Shown: positions 1 to 11,439 of the stretch, one piece after another | Layout: each line of letters begins with the position of its first letter | Numbering within the stretch: the stretch's first letter is position 1 | Source of the DNA: Felis catus | Taxonomy: Eukaryota | Length of the DNA stretch: 64,000 bases | Reading direction: 5' to 3' | Assembly: GCF_018350175.1 (NCBI RefSeq) | Contig: NC_058372.1 | Span: forward strand, 98,766,001 to 98,830,000 | The notes under the pieces: generated by a model | Seen by the model: the letters and a program-made list of their open reading frames with translations, nothing else | Told to the model about the DNA's origin: nothing | The model's database searches: none | Made by a program: the position numbers and the translations under genes

Positions 1-689
1 GAGAGGCCAGAGCCACACTGGCTTCCTCCTCACTCCTGCCAAACCCTCAAATACTGCTGGCTCGATTATTCAGCTCATGACATTTTGGGAAAATTATTTT
101 ATGGATTCAGCTGTTTATGATACTTAGGGCTTTATTCCCTTAGCAACTCTCCTAGGTTTTAGAATCCTTCTCAAAAGATCAGGGGATTACATTTCAGATA
201 AGCATCCAGAGCAGCGAGTTATCTTAGCAGCAACTCAAGAGGCATCAATTCCTGCTTGCTCTCATTGAGTAGGCCTGCTTTATTTGCTCGGTCCCCACAA
301 GTGTGTCACAGAAAAGCAGCCACTTTCTGCCCTCCACTGCTTGCTGAAGCATCCATTCGAATCATCTCTCTGCTCAGAATCTGCCCTGAGTCCCTATTTC
401 CTCTTGCACCAAGTCCAAATTCTTCCAGTTGACCCGTGGGACCCTCCGAAATTTGCCCGTTGCCCCCAAATGATTCCCCCCTCCTCAGGCCACACCATGG
501 CAGGGAAGTCAAGACATCTCAGGTCTGCTTTCCAGAGCTGCGATGTTTTCTAAAGAAGTGAGACGTTATAAAAACACAATACTCTAGAACAATCGAAACT
601 AAAGGGAAAAGAGGAAAAATTTCCCCCAAGTTTGACATGCAAAAGATGAATATCTTTTCCAGTGGACTTGATAAGCTATATAAAACCAG

Positions 690-1190
690 ATTTAAGTCCA
701 AAGAGAGGTTAAGAATAGATCATTCAAGTAAGAGAAAATTCAAATTGTTTAAAGAAAGAGAGACAAATGGTCTACCTTAGTAGAAATCAAACAAATATAA
801 TTTAAATCATTAATGAGGTACCACATATGCCCTTTGAATTGAAAGAATGTTTTGAAATGAAAAAAAACTCAGTGCTATAAAAGCTGCAGAGAAGCTGGTA
901 TACTCACAGAGTGCTATTGGCATTGCAAATTATTGTAGTCATTTTGAAAAGCAATTTGGCAATGCATTTCAAGAGCCATGAAATGTTTCTGCCCTTTGGC
1001 TGACAATTTTCATGTCAAGATAATCATACACAATAAAAATAATTATGTGCATGAAAGTAATCTTTGCGGAGTTATCTACAATAGCAAACATATAAACAAC
1101 CTAAATGTCTAACTGTCAGAGAATGGTAAAGTAAACGCCACTCTATGTCTTTAATGTAATACTGTACAGCCATCAAAATGATAACTGTAA
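690..1190 (+). mobile_element. Old L1 (L1M/L1ME-like) fragment
   Basis: Degenerate ORF2-end/3'UTR motifs (gaaaagcaatttggcaat, aaacaacctaaatgtct). Confidence 0.6.
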
Positions 1191-1269
1191 AGACCCCTTT
1201 CATTTACTATCTATTAACTAAGGTCCTCCTCCTCAAATTTCCCAAAGAATTAGAAGGCAATCACTTGAT

Positions 1270-1620
1270 TTTATTGGTGACTTCGTTGAAAGTGCAGGAC
1301 TGGCAGGCAGCCAGGCTGGAGTGAATGGGTTGTAAATGAGGGGTGAGAAAGGGGAGTGCAGTTTGGCTTGAAGGGGGAGAGAGTAATAGGGCAGAAGCTA
1401 GACAGAGATGTAAGTTCAAGGGAGAGCTTTTCCTTATAAACGGAAGAGATTTGAAGGGGAAAGAGATGGCTGAGAGGCCAAGGCTGATTTCAGAGAAAGT
1501 AGCTATTTGAGGAGGAGAGGTGGTCAGGAACAAAGATAGGGTTGTGAAGACAGGTAGAGGGGCAGGAATGATGAGGAGTCCAGATGGGGCCATCCTTGTG
1601 AATGTTAAAGTCATCTATAA
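1270..1620 (-). mobile_element. L2 fragment
   Basis: Purine-rich degenerate sequence typical of antisense L2. Confidence 0.4.
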
Positions 1621-1799
1621 ACAGCTATTCACAGTAATATTGAAGTTATAAAATACAACCTGCATCATTTTGGATACGTCTGTCTATTCCAAGTAAAGCC
1701 TCTTTGAGTGTTGGAAGTTACACACCTTTGCACACATTGAATTGATGTTTGTTTTGCTTTCCCATGAGATTGCTGCTATCTTGTACATAATGTGCCTGC

Positions 1800-1950
1800 C
1801 AGTGTCCTGTGTGCCCTTGAACAACTCACTTCACCCCTCTGAACTTCAGTTGCCCCACTTGCAAAGAAAATAATGCCAAAACCCATGTAATTGTTTCAGA
1901 GAATGAAATAAGATAGAGTATGGACTTGCTGTGTGAGGTCCACGGCACCT
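1800..1950 (+). mobile_element. MIR
   Basis: MIR core-like ccttgaacaactcacttcacccctctgaacttcagtt. Confidence 0.55.
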
Positions 1951-1965
1951 TGAAAATGTAGGGCA

Positions 1966-2189
1966 GGGTCTCCTGGATGGCTCAGTCAGTTAAGCCTCTG
2001 ACTTTGGCTCAGGTTATGATCTCACGGTTTGTGGGTTCGAGCCCCACTTCGGGCTCTGTGCTGACAGCTCGGAGCCTGGAGCCTGCTTCGGATTCTGTGT
2101 GTGTGTATCTCTCTCTCTGCCCCTCCCCTACTCATGCTCTCTCTCTCTCTGTCTCTCAAAAATGAATAAACAGTTTCAAAAAATTAAAT
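1966..2189 (+). mobile_element. Can-SINE (SINEC)
   Basis: tRNA-like head, CT tract, A tail; TSD aaaat(g/a)tagggca at 1953 and 2190. Confidence 0.95.
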
Positions 2190-3001
2190 AAAATATAGGG
2201 CATGACAGATTAGATTTCTTCTGTGTTACTTTCAAAAATACCAGTAGACCCAACTTTATCATTCTCATGTTCAGTAAGTCAGTACTAATATAATCTAACT
2301 GAATCTAAATTGTAACATTATACATAGCCCCATGAAACTCCATGAAAGTTATTTTTGCTCTTTATGAAAAAGGACATATGCCTTTAAATGCTATTTTTCC
2401 TCATTTGTTTCTCATGCAAAAAAAAAAAAAATGTTGTCCACCACTGAATTAAATAAAAAAATTTCAACTGCCCTGCACAATGTTCTGCATCTTATGGGCA
2501 TGTAATCATAATAATAGTGGTATGCTCCTTTTCTAAATTTGGTGGGAACATCAGGTTATGCTGACCTTCCAGAATAACAGTCCTTTGGAGTAAAGACCAG
2601 TCACCTGGCATAAAACAGGAATATCCCTAATGTGTTTGCAGTAGATAGGTACCTTGAACATTATGACACGCCTCCAATGCCTGGGGTGAGAAGAAACCCT
2701 AGGGGCAGGTGAAAGCAGAGAAATGGAGATATTTTGAATATCATTCATCTGCCTCAGGATGTATCCCAAAAAGATTACACTCCATCCAATATCCTGGATC
2801 TGGACAAACAATGTAGGCTATTCAATGGCCCTTTGTGATTGCTGCCTCTTTCAGCAACAATCTTCCTTAATAACAGCTTCATACATCTCACTAAACACCT
2901 GATCTCTTCCAAAGCTATCAGAATAAGTGTTTGTGTATCACCAAATAGACAAATTTCCCAGTAGAAAACTATACGACTTGTCTCTAAGAACCATGTAGAG
3001 G

Positions 3002-3003
<2 letters not shown>

Positions 3004-3037
<34 letters not shown>
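3004..3037. repeat. (GT)n microsatellite
   Basis: Direct reading. Confidence 0.98.
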
Positions 3038-3038
<1 letters not shown>

Positions 3039-3560
3039 TATAGGAGCGTCTGGCAGATGCCCAGAGAGATAGGCCAGAATTGCTAGCATGGGTCTTTCCA
3101 ACCTAGTTTTATAAGGTTTAGACAGCTTGTCTGACTGTAGGTCTAATTTTGTAAAACAGAATTGATTTGCAAAAATCTGGGCCAGGAGAGGGCACACCTG
3201 GGAAATGGCTGTGAACTAAGAACAAGGAAGGGGGCAGATGCTGAGGTATACTGAAAGTTACAGAAAAATGGAGGGTCCAGAACAACCAGAGCTTAGACCC
3301 TGATGGGAGCCATTGAGCTCATCAGAGCCAAATGGGAACCAAGTGTCAGCATTGATCTTGGGCCATAAAAGAGGTTCGTGTGGAAAATCAAAGGTTTGCA
3401 GAGAAGATCTGGTTAGTGCCTTAAATCTGAAATTAAACTAAGTGACTGGATTGTTGCTATAATTCCTTTGTTGCAATTATTCCAAACTCCAGTTCACTCT
3501 TTCAGGAGTTCTCCTGCATGCTAAACTGATAAGAAAGGAGATTGAATGATCACTTATGTG

Positions 3561-3751
3561 AGTGTTCTCAACCCTGGTTCTATTAGAGACTATAGAAAAC
3601 CTGATGCCGAGCCCTCGCTCCAGGCCAAATGAATCAGAATCTTTGAGTGAGGGATCCAGGAGGTTTTTTTTTTTAAGTTTTTAAACTTAAAAAAAAGTTT
3701 TTAAAAGCTTTCTAGGTAATTCTAGTGCACAGCCAGTGTTGGGAACCACTG
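3561..3751. mobile_element. MER5-like hAT-Charlie MITE
   Basis: Termini agtgttctcaa...gggaaccactg; internal gaatcagaatct. Confidence 0.7.
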
Positions 3752-6597
3752 ACTTAGGCCAAAATGGGCAAGAGATACCCAGGGAAGCCAGAGAAAGACT
3801 TGTGATTGAGAGGTCGTAATTTCTGGGCATAACCTCTGACAAGGAAAGCATTCTCATGTTCATGCTTGGATAGTACTAGAATAGAAAGGCACCAGAGGAT
3901 ATGATGGGCATGTCACAGGGTTGGCAAAGATGAGTTCAACCTGTGATTACAAGCCAGAAAACAAAATTTTGCATGCCCCAAAACATAACCCAAACCAGAC
4001 AAGCTGGTAGATGAATAGTATATTTCATGAAGTATCAAGGATTTCAGAAGAGAAACTCACTCAAAGTAGCTCAAGATTAGGAAGGTTTGTAGTAGAGACA
4101 CAAATGTCAATTTCAAGACATCTAGGGATCCAGACTCCCAGAGTCAGGAACTAGACAATGACTAAAGTCATCCCCTCCATCTCTCAGTCATTTGATCTTC
4201 ATTTCTGTTCCTTTCTACACATCTGCTTTATTCTTTCATTGCACCTGGATTCCTCCAATTACTCATATCACACAAGGCTCAACATGAGTGCTCCAGCTCT
4301 AATCTGTTATGATCTCTTAGGTCCAGAGCCCAACACTGACTGACGACTGTCACAAAGTATCTTGGTTCAAATTTTCAAGAAGAGGAATCTGGCCACTGGT
4401 CCAGCAAAGGATGGCTGGTCTTATCTCACCTTGGGTCAGGTGTCAATCTCCTCCCATAAACTAGGCTGAGAGTGGAAAATGTCATCTTGTTCATAGGCTG
4501 AACAGACTACTGGAAGGGCAGATACTTGCGAGGATCTGTTGGCAGAGTATATAATGAAGTACATGTAATATTCATTACCAATGAACCACACACTTTTCTT
4601 CTTTCCCATCTTCTGCTTCCCAGGAGATGGACAGGCATGAGGGAGATAAGGAAGAGCCTGAAAGAACATGTTCTGTCTACTTTCAATGTTCAGCCTAGCA
4701 TATGAGAGAAATAAACACAGACTGGCATGACCAAAAAGTAGCCTATGAACCCTCAACCAGCATTTATGTACATAATTCTACATGGGCTATCTTCCTCCTG
4801 AAACCACCAGAAAGTCCACTCTTGGCAATGATGAGTGCCTGAGGGTGTCCAAAACACAGGATCTCTGTTCAAGTTCAATCTCACACTTTCTGCTGCATTA
4901 TGACATTCAGACGTTAAGAATTCCCCTCCTTTATTGGGCCTTTATCTAATTGTTTGGAAAATTTGTAATTAACATGTTATTACATGTGGTTTGGCAGTTC
5001 ATTTGACAGCTCTGAAATAACATTCTTGGCTTTTACGTGAGAATCTTTTATTGAAACCCAAAATAGCTCTTTTCGGAAACTTGGAACTTCAGGCAATTTG
5101 GGGATTCGTGGAAACGGTGGCTGGAAAATTTTATAAACTTCCCAAAAGGAGAAAATGTGTATAAACTCATTCTGTGGTCCAACATTGGCTATTCCAGCAA
5201 AGAACTGAATGGTCCTATAGCTGTCCTTCTTTCTTTCCTCTACTTAAGTTCAGCTGCATTAAGGCAGAATGTCCAAGAGGAATCTGGACTCGGGCACTAT
5301 GTTTAAAGGAAAAAAGCCAGAGTAAAAATCTACCTCCCACCCCAGCCTATAGACAGTCTGAATTTTGTTTTATTTTGTTTTTTCCTTGTAGAGCTCATGG
5401 GGCTAGAGGCAAAGTGACGCCAGGAAAGGGAAGAAGATACACAGGGAAAAGTAGAGGAAGCACCAATAGCAAACATCGATTTTCACTTTGCCCAAAGCAT
5501 GTGGTCCCTGAAAAGCATGGCTATGACCTCAGTATAATGCCATCATGCCAAAGTGCAATCGTTTATTTTAGAGCTTTAGAAGGAGTCAATTATTTCAGCT
5601 TTTGCCTAAGTACAACTATTGGAGATTCTGGCTGATTGAATAAAAGAAGTCTACTGCTTGTATTTTACTGACAAAACAAAACACCTTTAAACTAAAAGGA
5701 TGATTTATCTGGGCTGAAAATAAAACTCCTGCCTACTGAAGTCTGGTGCAGCTGAATTATCACTATTTTCATCCTGTAATTTGTTTTATAGGGTACTAAT
5801 TAACAGGGCAAAGTCTGTTGCCAGGAAAGTAAATCACATTTTGCTGTTTTTTTCTTTTCTAACAAGACACAGACCTGGTATTTAATTGAAGAGCAAGTTC
5901 CAAGGGCACTATCAGCACTGAAACTGGGGAACACTGGGCTGGGAAATCATGGTGAAACCTGCTGTGTCGAGTACAGGAAAGACGGCGGGAGAGAGAGGAA
6001 AGAACAGAGGGAGAGAGAATGGAATTGCACAGGTAACTTCAAAAAAAAACCCCTGTTTTCCCTCAAATGTTCCATCTTTTCTGTTTCCCACAACTTTCCA
6101 TTTCCCCTCTGGCTCTACTCAACTGACACTGTACCACAAACACCTTCTCAAAAAGCTCATCGTCCGCCCCACCCCCACCCCCAGTTCATTCATTCCTGTC
6201 CCCAACACAGTACTGTATTTTTTTTTTTTTTAAGGTAGCAACTCTGCCATTAGATCTCCCTGCCCCAACCTCCTCCCTCTCCAGGGCTCATACTTCGACC
6301 TGACCCTCTTGGTGGCCTTTGGCCCAAGGCTTTGCAGCCCGGCCTTGCAGCTCACACCTCGCCCCTCTCCTCCCAGCTCACCCTCCCTACCCCCAGACTT
6401 CACCCCTCTCTTCCTCTCCTCGTTCCCTCCAGGTTCTGGACATTCCTGGAGGTTCTGGACAGGAGGTGGCCGCTCCGTCTTCTCCTCCCTCCTTGAACCT
6501 TCGGAGACGTACTTTGGGGGAGGAGAGACGGAGCTGGAGGGTACTGATGGGCGGTGGAGGGGAATGAGTGCCGGCTTGCACTCAGGGGCCGGGAGCC

Positions 6598-6605
6598 TGA
6601 CGTCA
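6598..6605. promoter_or_regulatory. Full palindromic cAMP response element TGACGTCA
   Basis: Exact CREB/ATF consensus in the proximal promoter. Confidence 0.7.
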
Positions 6606-6619
6606 CCGCTCCCTGCCAG

Positions 6620-6835
6620 TCAGTCTTCCGCGGGCGCGCTGCTCGTAGCCGCCTTTTCTGCCTCTAACCGTGTCTCTCACTTTCGGCGGCGCCGGCACAG
6701 AGACAGGCGCCCCGCGCTCTGCTCCGCGCGGGCCCGGCCGCCCCGCAGGCGTAGAGTCTGTCCGCGCGGGGAGCGCAGCCTGCGCCCCGCCACAGCGCTC
6801 ATGATCAGCGACTTCCTGAGGCCCTGACTCCCCAG
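6620..6835 (+). other. GPR6: Probable non-coding first exon of GPR6 (5' boundary approximate)
   Basis: GC-rich segment downstream of a GC box (6549..6554) and the CRE; Inr-like TCAGTCT at 6620; strong donor CAG|GTGAGC at 6835/6836. Confidence 0.6.
6801..6827 (+). other. Upstream ORF (MISDFLRP*) in the GPR6 leader
   Basis: ATG ATC AGC GAC TTC CTG AGG CCC TGA; ends 28 nt before the main ATG in the predicted spliced mRNA. Confidence 0.5.
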
Positions 6836-7477
6836 GTGAGCACCCGACACCCGAGAGGAACTTTGAGGGTGTTGAAAAGGGAAGGGGTGAAGGATGGCCA
6901 GGGGGCTTCCCTGAAGCAGAAGAAATAGGGCCACGCTTGACTCCACACCCTTCCCCTACACAGACCCCCAGCTTCCCTCCCCCAAACCCCTTTCCCAGGG
7001 ATCTCTGTGGCCTTCAGGGCCCGCTGGACTCCGCGACCTCTGAAACTTCGCTTTCAGCACCGCGGACAGCGACGCCGCCACCTAGTTTAGGAAAAAGCCT
7101 AACCCGGTCGGCCAGAGCCCAGGGCAGGACTCGCCAGGGCTGATGCCCCTACCTAGCCAGGTGCAAACGGGTGCCTGTTGCAGTTACGGGCACACTTACG
7201 GGACTGATCTGTGTGTATGCAAGCGCATGTTCTCTGTGTATATATGTATCTGTGCAAAAACTCAGATATCCGTGGAGCAGTCGTGTGCGTTTCACTCGCA
7301 CGCTCACTCCGTACTCAACAGGTATTTATTAATTTTAGGTCCTCAGCCACTGCTTCCTTGCTCTGCTCTGGTGTCCTGGGGTAGGATGAGCAATATGAGC
7401 GAGGCACCCGCGCCCGGGGAAAGTTCCCTGGCAGCGTGAACCACACACCTGACGCTCGCTCTCCCTTTTCCACGCAG
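6836..7477 (+). other. GPR6: GPR6 5'UTR intron
   Basis: Donor GTGAG at 6836; branch-like CTGAC at 7449..7453; pyrimidine tract and CACGCAG acceptor ending at 7477, 20 nt before the ATG. Confidence 0.7.
7053..7073 (+). promoter_or_regulatory. REST/NRSF binding site (RE1/NRSE)
   Basis: TTCAGCACCGCGGACAGCGAC matches consensus TTCAGCACCACGGACAGCGCC at 19/21; located in the intron of a neuronal gene. Confidence 0.85.
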
Positions 7478-7497
7478 GGGTGCAGCGTCAGCCAGCG

Positions 7498-8586
7498 ATG
7501 AACGCGAGCGCTTCCTCGCTCAACGACTCCCAGGTGGTTGCAGTGACCACCGAGGGAGCGGCTGCGGCGGCCACAGCGGCAGGGGCGCGGGACAGCGGCG
7601 AATGGGGGCCCCCTGCAGCGGCGGCGCTGGGGGGCGGCGGCGCGGCTAACGCGTCCCTCGAGCTGTCTTCTCAGCTGCCCGCGGGGCCGCCGGGGCTGCT
7701 ACTATCGGCGGTGAATCCTTGGGACGTGCTCCTGTGCGTGTCGGGGACGGTGATCGCAGGCGAAAACGCGCTGGTAGTGGCGCTAATCGCGTCCACCCCG
7801 GCGCTGCGCACGCCCATGTTCGTGCTGGTGGGCAGCCTAGCCACCGCCGACCTGCTGGCGGGCTGCGGCTTGATCCTTCACTTCGTGTTCCAGTACGTGG
7901 TGCCCTCAGAAACGGTGAGCCTGCTCACGGTGGGCTTCCTCGTGGCCTCCTTCGCTGCCTCGGTCAGCAGCCTGCTGGCCATCACAGTGGACCGCTACCT
8001 GTCTCTCTACAACGCACTCACCTACTACTCGCGCCGGACCCTGTTGGGCGTGCACCTGCTGCTCGCTGCCACCTGGACGATGTCCCTAGGCCTCGGGTTG
8101 CTGCCGGTGCTCGGCTGGAACTGCCTAGCGGAGCGCTCCACCTGCAGCGTGGTGCGCCCGCTGACGCGCAGCCACGTGGCGCTGCTGTCCGCCGCGTTCT
8201 TTGCGGTCTTTGGTATCATGCTGCACCTGTACGTGCGCATCTGCCAGGTGGTCTGGCGCCACGCGCACCAGATCGCGCTGCAGCAGCACTGCCTGGCGCC
8301 GCCCCACCTCGCAGCCACCAGAAAGGGCGTGGGTACGCTGGCTGTGGTGCTGGGCACTTTTGGCGCCAGTTGGCTGCCCTTCGCCATCTATTGCGTGGTA
8401 GGCAGCCGCGAGGACCCGGCAGTCTACACCTACGCCACCCTGCTGCCCGCCACCTACAACTCCATGATCAATCCTATCATCTATGCCTTCCGCAACCAGG
8501 AGATTCAGCGTGCCCTGTGGCTCCTGTTCTGTGGCTGTTTCCAGTCCAAAGTGCCCTTCCGTTCTAGGTCCCCCAGTGAGGTCTGA
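7498..8586 (+). CDS. GPR6: G protein-coupled receptor 6 (GPR3/6/12 subfamily, class A GPCR), 362 aa, single coding exon
   Basis: ATG at 7498 inside track ORF 7480..8586 (the track start is a GTG). MNASASSLNDSQVV N-terminus, NPWDVLLCVSG at TM1, LATADLL (TM2), DRY, WLP (TM6), NPIIY (NPxxY) and C-terminal RSRSPSEV match GPR6 as I recall it. No stops or frameshifts. Confidence 0.98.
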   Translation: MNASASSLNDSQVVAVTTEGAAAAATAAGARDSGEWGPPAAAALGGGGAANASLELSSQLPAGPPGLLLSAVNPWDVLLCVSGTVIAGENALVVALIASTPALRTPMFVLVGSLATADLLAGCGLILHFVFQYVVPSETVSLLTVGFLVASFAASVSSLLAITVDRYLSLYNALTYYSRRTLLGVHLLLAATWTMSLGLGLLPVLGWNCLAERSTCSVVRPLTRSHVALLSAAFFAVFGIMLHLYVRICQVVWRHAHQIALQQHCLAPPHLAATRKGVGTLAVVLGTFGASWLPFAIYCVVGSREDPAVYTYATLLPATYNSMINPIIYAFRNQEIQRALWLLFCGCFQSKVPFRSRSPSEV

Positions 8587-8758
8587 AGGCTTTCTTTGTC
8601 CTCCCACCAACACCACACCCCCAACAAGCCAGCCTTCCGTGAGCTTCTCGGTGCCTGCTGATGAACTGAGACACCAATAGTGTGAATCTGGCTTTGGGAA
8701 GAGAAAGAAAGAATAAACATAAAGACATCAAACTCACAAAGGACAAAGAGGCTCGTTG

Positions 8759-8766
8759 GCACTTTA
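8759..8766 (+). promoter_or_regulatory. miR-17/20/93/106 family 8mer site 1 in the GPR6 3'UTR
   Basis: Exact GCACTTTA seed match. Confidence 0.5.
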
Positions 8767-8785
8767 CATATACAGTGTATACATG

Positions 8786-8793
8786 TGTACATA
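8786..8793 (+). promoter_or_regulatory. Pumilio response element TGTACATA
   Basis: Matches UGUAHAUA, about 20 nt from miR-17 site 1. Confidence 0.4.
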
Positions 8794-8932
8794 TATATAC
8801 AAATATTTGTATCTTCTGGAGGTGTTCAGGATGTGGAATTTCCTGTTCTGTGAAAAAACTAAGATGTGGTTGTATACTCAAATTGTACATCACATTTGTC
8901 AAGTGAAGACATCCCAATACTGCTTAATTATA

Positions 8933-8940
8933 GCACTTTA
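8933..8940 (+). promoter_or_regulatory. miR-17/20/93/106 family 8mer site 2 in the GPR6 3'UTR
   Basis: Exact GCACTTTA seed match in AU-rich context. Confidence 0.5.
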
Positions 8941-9078
8941 TTTTTAGCTGCTGAACTGCCAAAACAGTGTTGCCATTTTCAGGGGCAGGGGAAGGAAAGT
9001 AAAAGGTGTATTTTTGTTGTATGTGATAGAATATTTTGCTGCACATGCGTCAGTAAATTACAACGTATTTTGTACACA

Positions 9079-9095
9079 AATAAACACATAATAAA
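9079..9095 (+). terminator. Tandem polyadenylation signals of GPR6 (AATAAA at 9079 and 9090)
   Basis: Two AATAAA hexamers with TGTA upstream and U/GU-rich sequence downstream. Confidence 0.7.
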
Positions 9096-9849
9096 AATGT
9101 AATTTTGGGCATGTGACTATCGAATTACTATTTAAGAGCTGAATTATTAGTACATTTACTTAAAAAGTTTATTATGTATCATCTCCCTCCTATGAAATCT
9201 TAATGTACAAAATCATGCATTTGCACATTGTTCATAAATTGTCAGAGATATCTAACACAGATTTGCAGTGGGAGGTTGAGAGGGAGTAATATATTCACAT
9301 AGCAGTATTCATAGGACACTAAAGGGTTATTGGTGTTATCTGTGCAAATTAATCTGCCCCTTGGTTTCTGCGTTTGGAAGACAAACTCCAGAGCATGTCT
9401 GAAACCATACCTTCCTCTTACCATATGTGCAATTCTGAAACCCTAACTTTTAGTTGTAGCTTTTCCAAACTGGAAAGAATTTTAAATGTTTAAAATTCAT
9501 ATTGACTGAGTATATTTTTGCTGGCCAGTTCTTGTAGCAAAATGCACAGCCTTATGAAATAAATTCTTCAAAGACAGGATTCCAAGATACATTGTTCATG
9601 AGGTAAGTGAAGGTATGCTCAGCAGCCTTATCTTCAAAACACAGGGCATTAAGATTCCCGGGGACCAAACATTCCCATTCCACCAATGGATATTAGCATA
9701 ATTAAATGGCCCCCTCCCCTCCTTCTTAAAAGATGATGTGAGGATAAATAAGATAACACATATGGACATTTTGAGCATCTATGAAGAAATATGCACACAA
9801 GCACAAGTTGTTACTGATCTTAGGCCTTAGGAAAATACCACAAACGAAT

Positions 9850-9990
9850 TTTTTCATACAGTCCACGAGTATTTATTGAGTGCCTACTATTTGCTAGACA
9901 CAATTCCAGGGCTTGGAATACAGAAGTGAACAAAGTAGACAAAAAGTTTCAGTGCTCATAGTGTTACATTCTCATGGAAGAGATGGCCTA
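9850..9990 (-). mobile_element. L2 3' end
   Basis: tatttattgagtgcctactat...gaatacagaagtgaacaa. Confidence 0.7.
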
Positions 9991-9999
9991 CAAGCAAAT

Positions 10000-10001
<2 letters not shown>

Positions 10002-10038
<37 letters not shown>
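10002..10038. repeat. (AC)n microsatellite
   Basis: Direct reading. Confidence 0.98.
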
Positions 10039-10040
<2 letters not shown>

Positions 10041-10484
10041 TATTTATTATAAAGAATTGGTTCATCAATGCAATTTTGGAGGCTGAGAGGTCCCAAGATG
10101 TGTAGTCAGAAAGCTGGAGACACAAGAAAGCTGATGATATTGTTCCAGTCGGTTTTGAAAGGCCTGAGAACCAAGAGAGCCCATGGGCTCAAGATCCAAG
10201 AAAAACTGATGTTTTAATTTGAGACCAAAGGCAAGAAAAGACCAGTGTTTGAGCTCGATACATTGGGCAACAGAAATTCCCTCTTACTTTAGCTCATCAT
10301 TCTTTTCTGCCTTCAATTGATTAGATGAGACCTAAGACCTACCTACATTAGGGAATGCAATCTGTTTACTCAGCCTACCAAATCAAATGTTAATCCCAAA
10401 CAGAAACAATTCAGAATAAGGCTTGACCAAATGTCTGCACATCCTGTGGTCTAGTCAAATTGACACATAAAATTAACTATTACA
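10039..10484 (-). mobile_element. MLT2-type ERVL LTR
   Basis: gatatttattataaagaattgg...tctagtcaaattgacacataaaattaactattaca. Confidence 0.75.
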
Positions 10485-11439
10485 ACAAGAGAGCACAATG
10501 ATACAAAATAAAGAAGGAAAAGCATTTATTGAGGAAGTAGTCAACTGTGTCAATGTTGCTGTGAGACTAAGGAAAATGAGGATTAAAAACAATGACTATA
10601 GATTTTTTTCATGTCAATATCATTGGTGAACTTGACAAGAGAAACTTCTGGAGAGTAAAAGGGAAAAATAGCTTAACTATAAAAGATACAAGAGAAAATG
10701 CATGGGCAACCTAGTCTCCAACATCTTGCAACAGAAGTATGACCTTTTTAACACTATAAAACATAGTACGTTTTATAGGCAAATGGTTTTATAGTGTCTG
10801 TAAATTTAGAGCCAGGAAGATTAGTGTTATGGCTCATTCATCAAATTAACATTTTATAAAGAACTAACTTTCATAGACTATTCAGCATCATCAGACACTT
10901 TCAGGCCCTATCAGTATCCACACTGCATTCAAGCAGACTGAAATAACAAAAGCTCTGGCTGCAAACGTTTCCAAACATGTGGTGGAGAAAAAAAATAGAA
11001 TTTTAGAGATGGAACAAAGAAGTCAATATTATTATACATTTTATAATTACAGAGAAAAATTTCTTGCCATCAGTGAATTAAGAAAGTTCAACACTAGGAT
11101 AATAAGAGAGGGACCATGGATCTGACTTCAATCTATTTGGTATTAATATTCAACTTCAGCCCTAGTCCTAATCAAAATGTTTCAGAGAGCCAAGAACAAG
11201 GAGATACTAAACAATCAGGTTGTTAATATCCTGGCTTACGCAGTTGGCCAAGCTGTGCAATGTCAGTAGGCTTCATATTAACCAACTTGATGATGTGCAG
11301 CTATAAAACTGTGAGTAGGTCTTGAAATATTTCTATGGAGGAATGTCACATATTCATTTGACGTATCGAATATTAAGACTCTCCTGTTTCAAGACAGTAT
11401 GCTAGTTGCTGGAAGTATACACTCTTTGAAAAAGGCAAG

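Larger units (their letters stand above)
6560..8470. promoter_or_regulatory. CpG island covering the GPR6 promoter, exon 1 and CDS
   Basis: Visibly high GC and CpG density compared with the CpG-depleted flanks; edges estimated by eye. Confidence 0.85.

Noticed and set aside
1977-2165. Recurrent MAQSVKRLT...SLEPASDS ORF family seen across the window
   Set aside because: Translations of Can-SINE copies, not a protein family.
6309-6827. 172-aa ORF over the promoter
   Set aside because: TTG start and low-complexity CpG-island translation; only the terminal ATG-initiated 8 codons were kept as a uORF.
7480-7497. GTG-initiated 6-aa N-terminal extension in the ORF track
   Set aside because: Lies two bases after the splice acceptor; the known protein starts MNAS at 7498.
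7719-8567. 282-aa alternative-frame ORF overlapping GPR6
   Set aside because: No ATG (starts at TTG) and Arg/Ala/Pro/Gly-rich; the expected shadow frame of a GC3-rich CDS.
8025-8616. Antisense ORFs over GPR6
   Set aside because: By-product of high GC codon usage; no independent gene signals.
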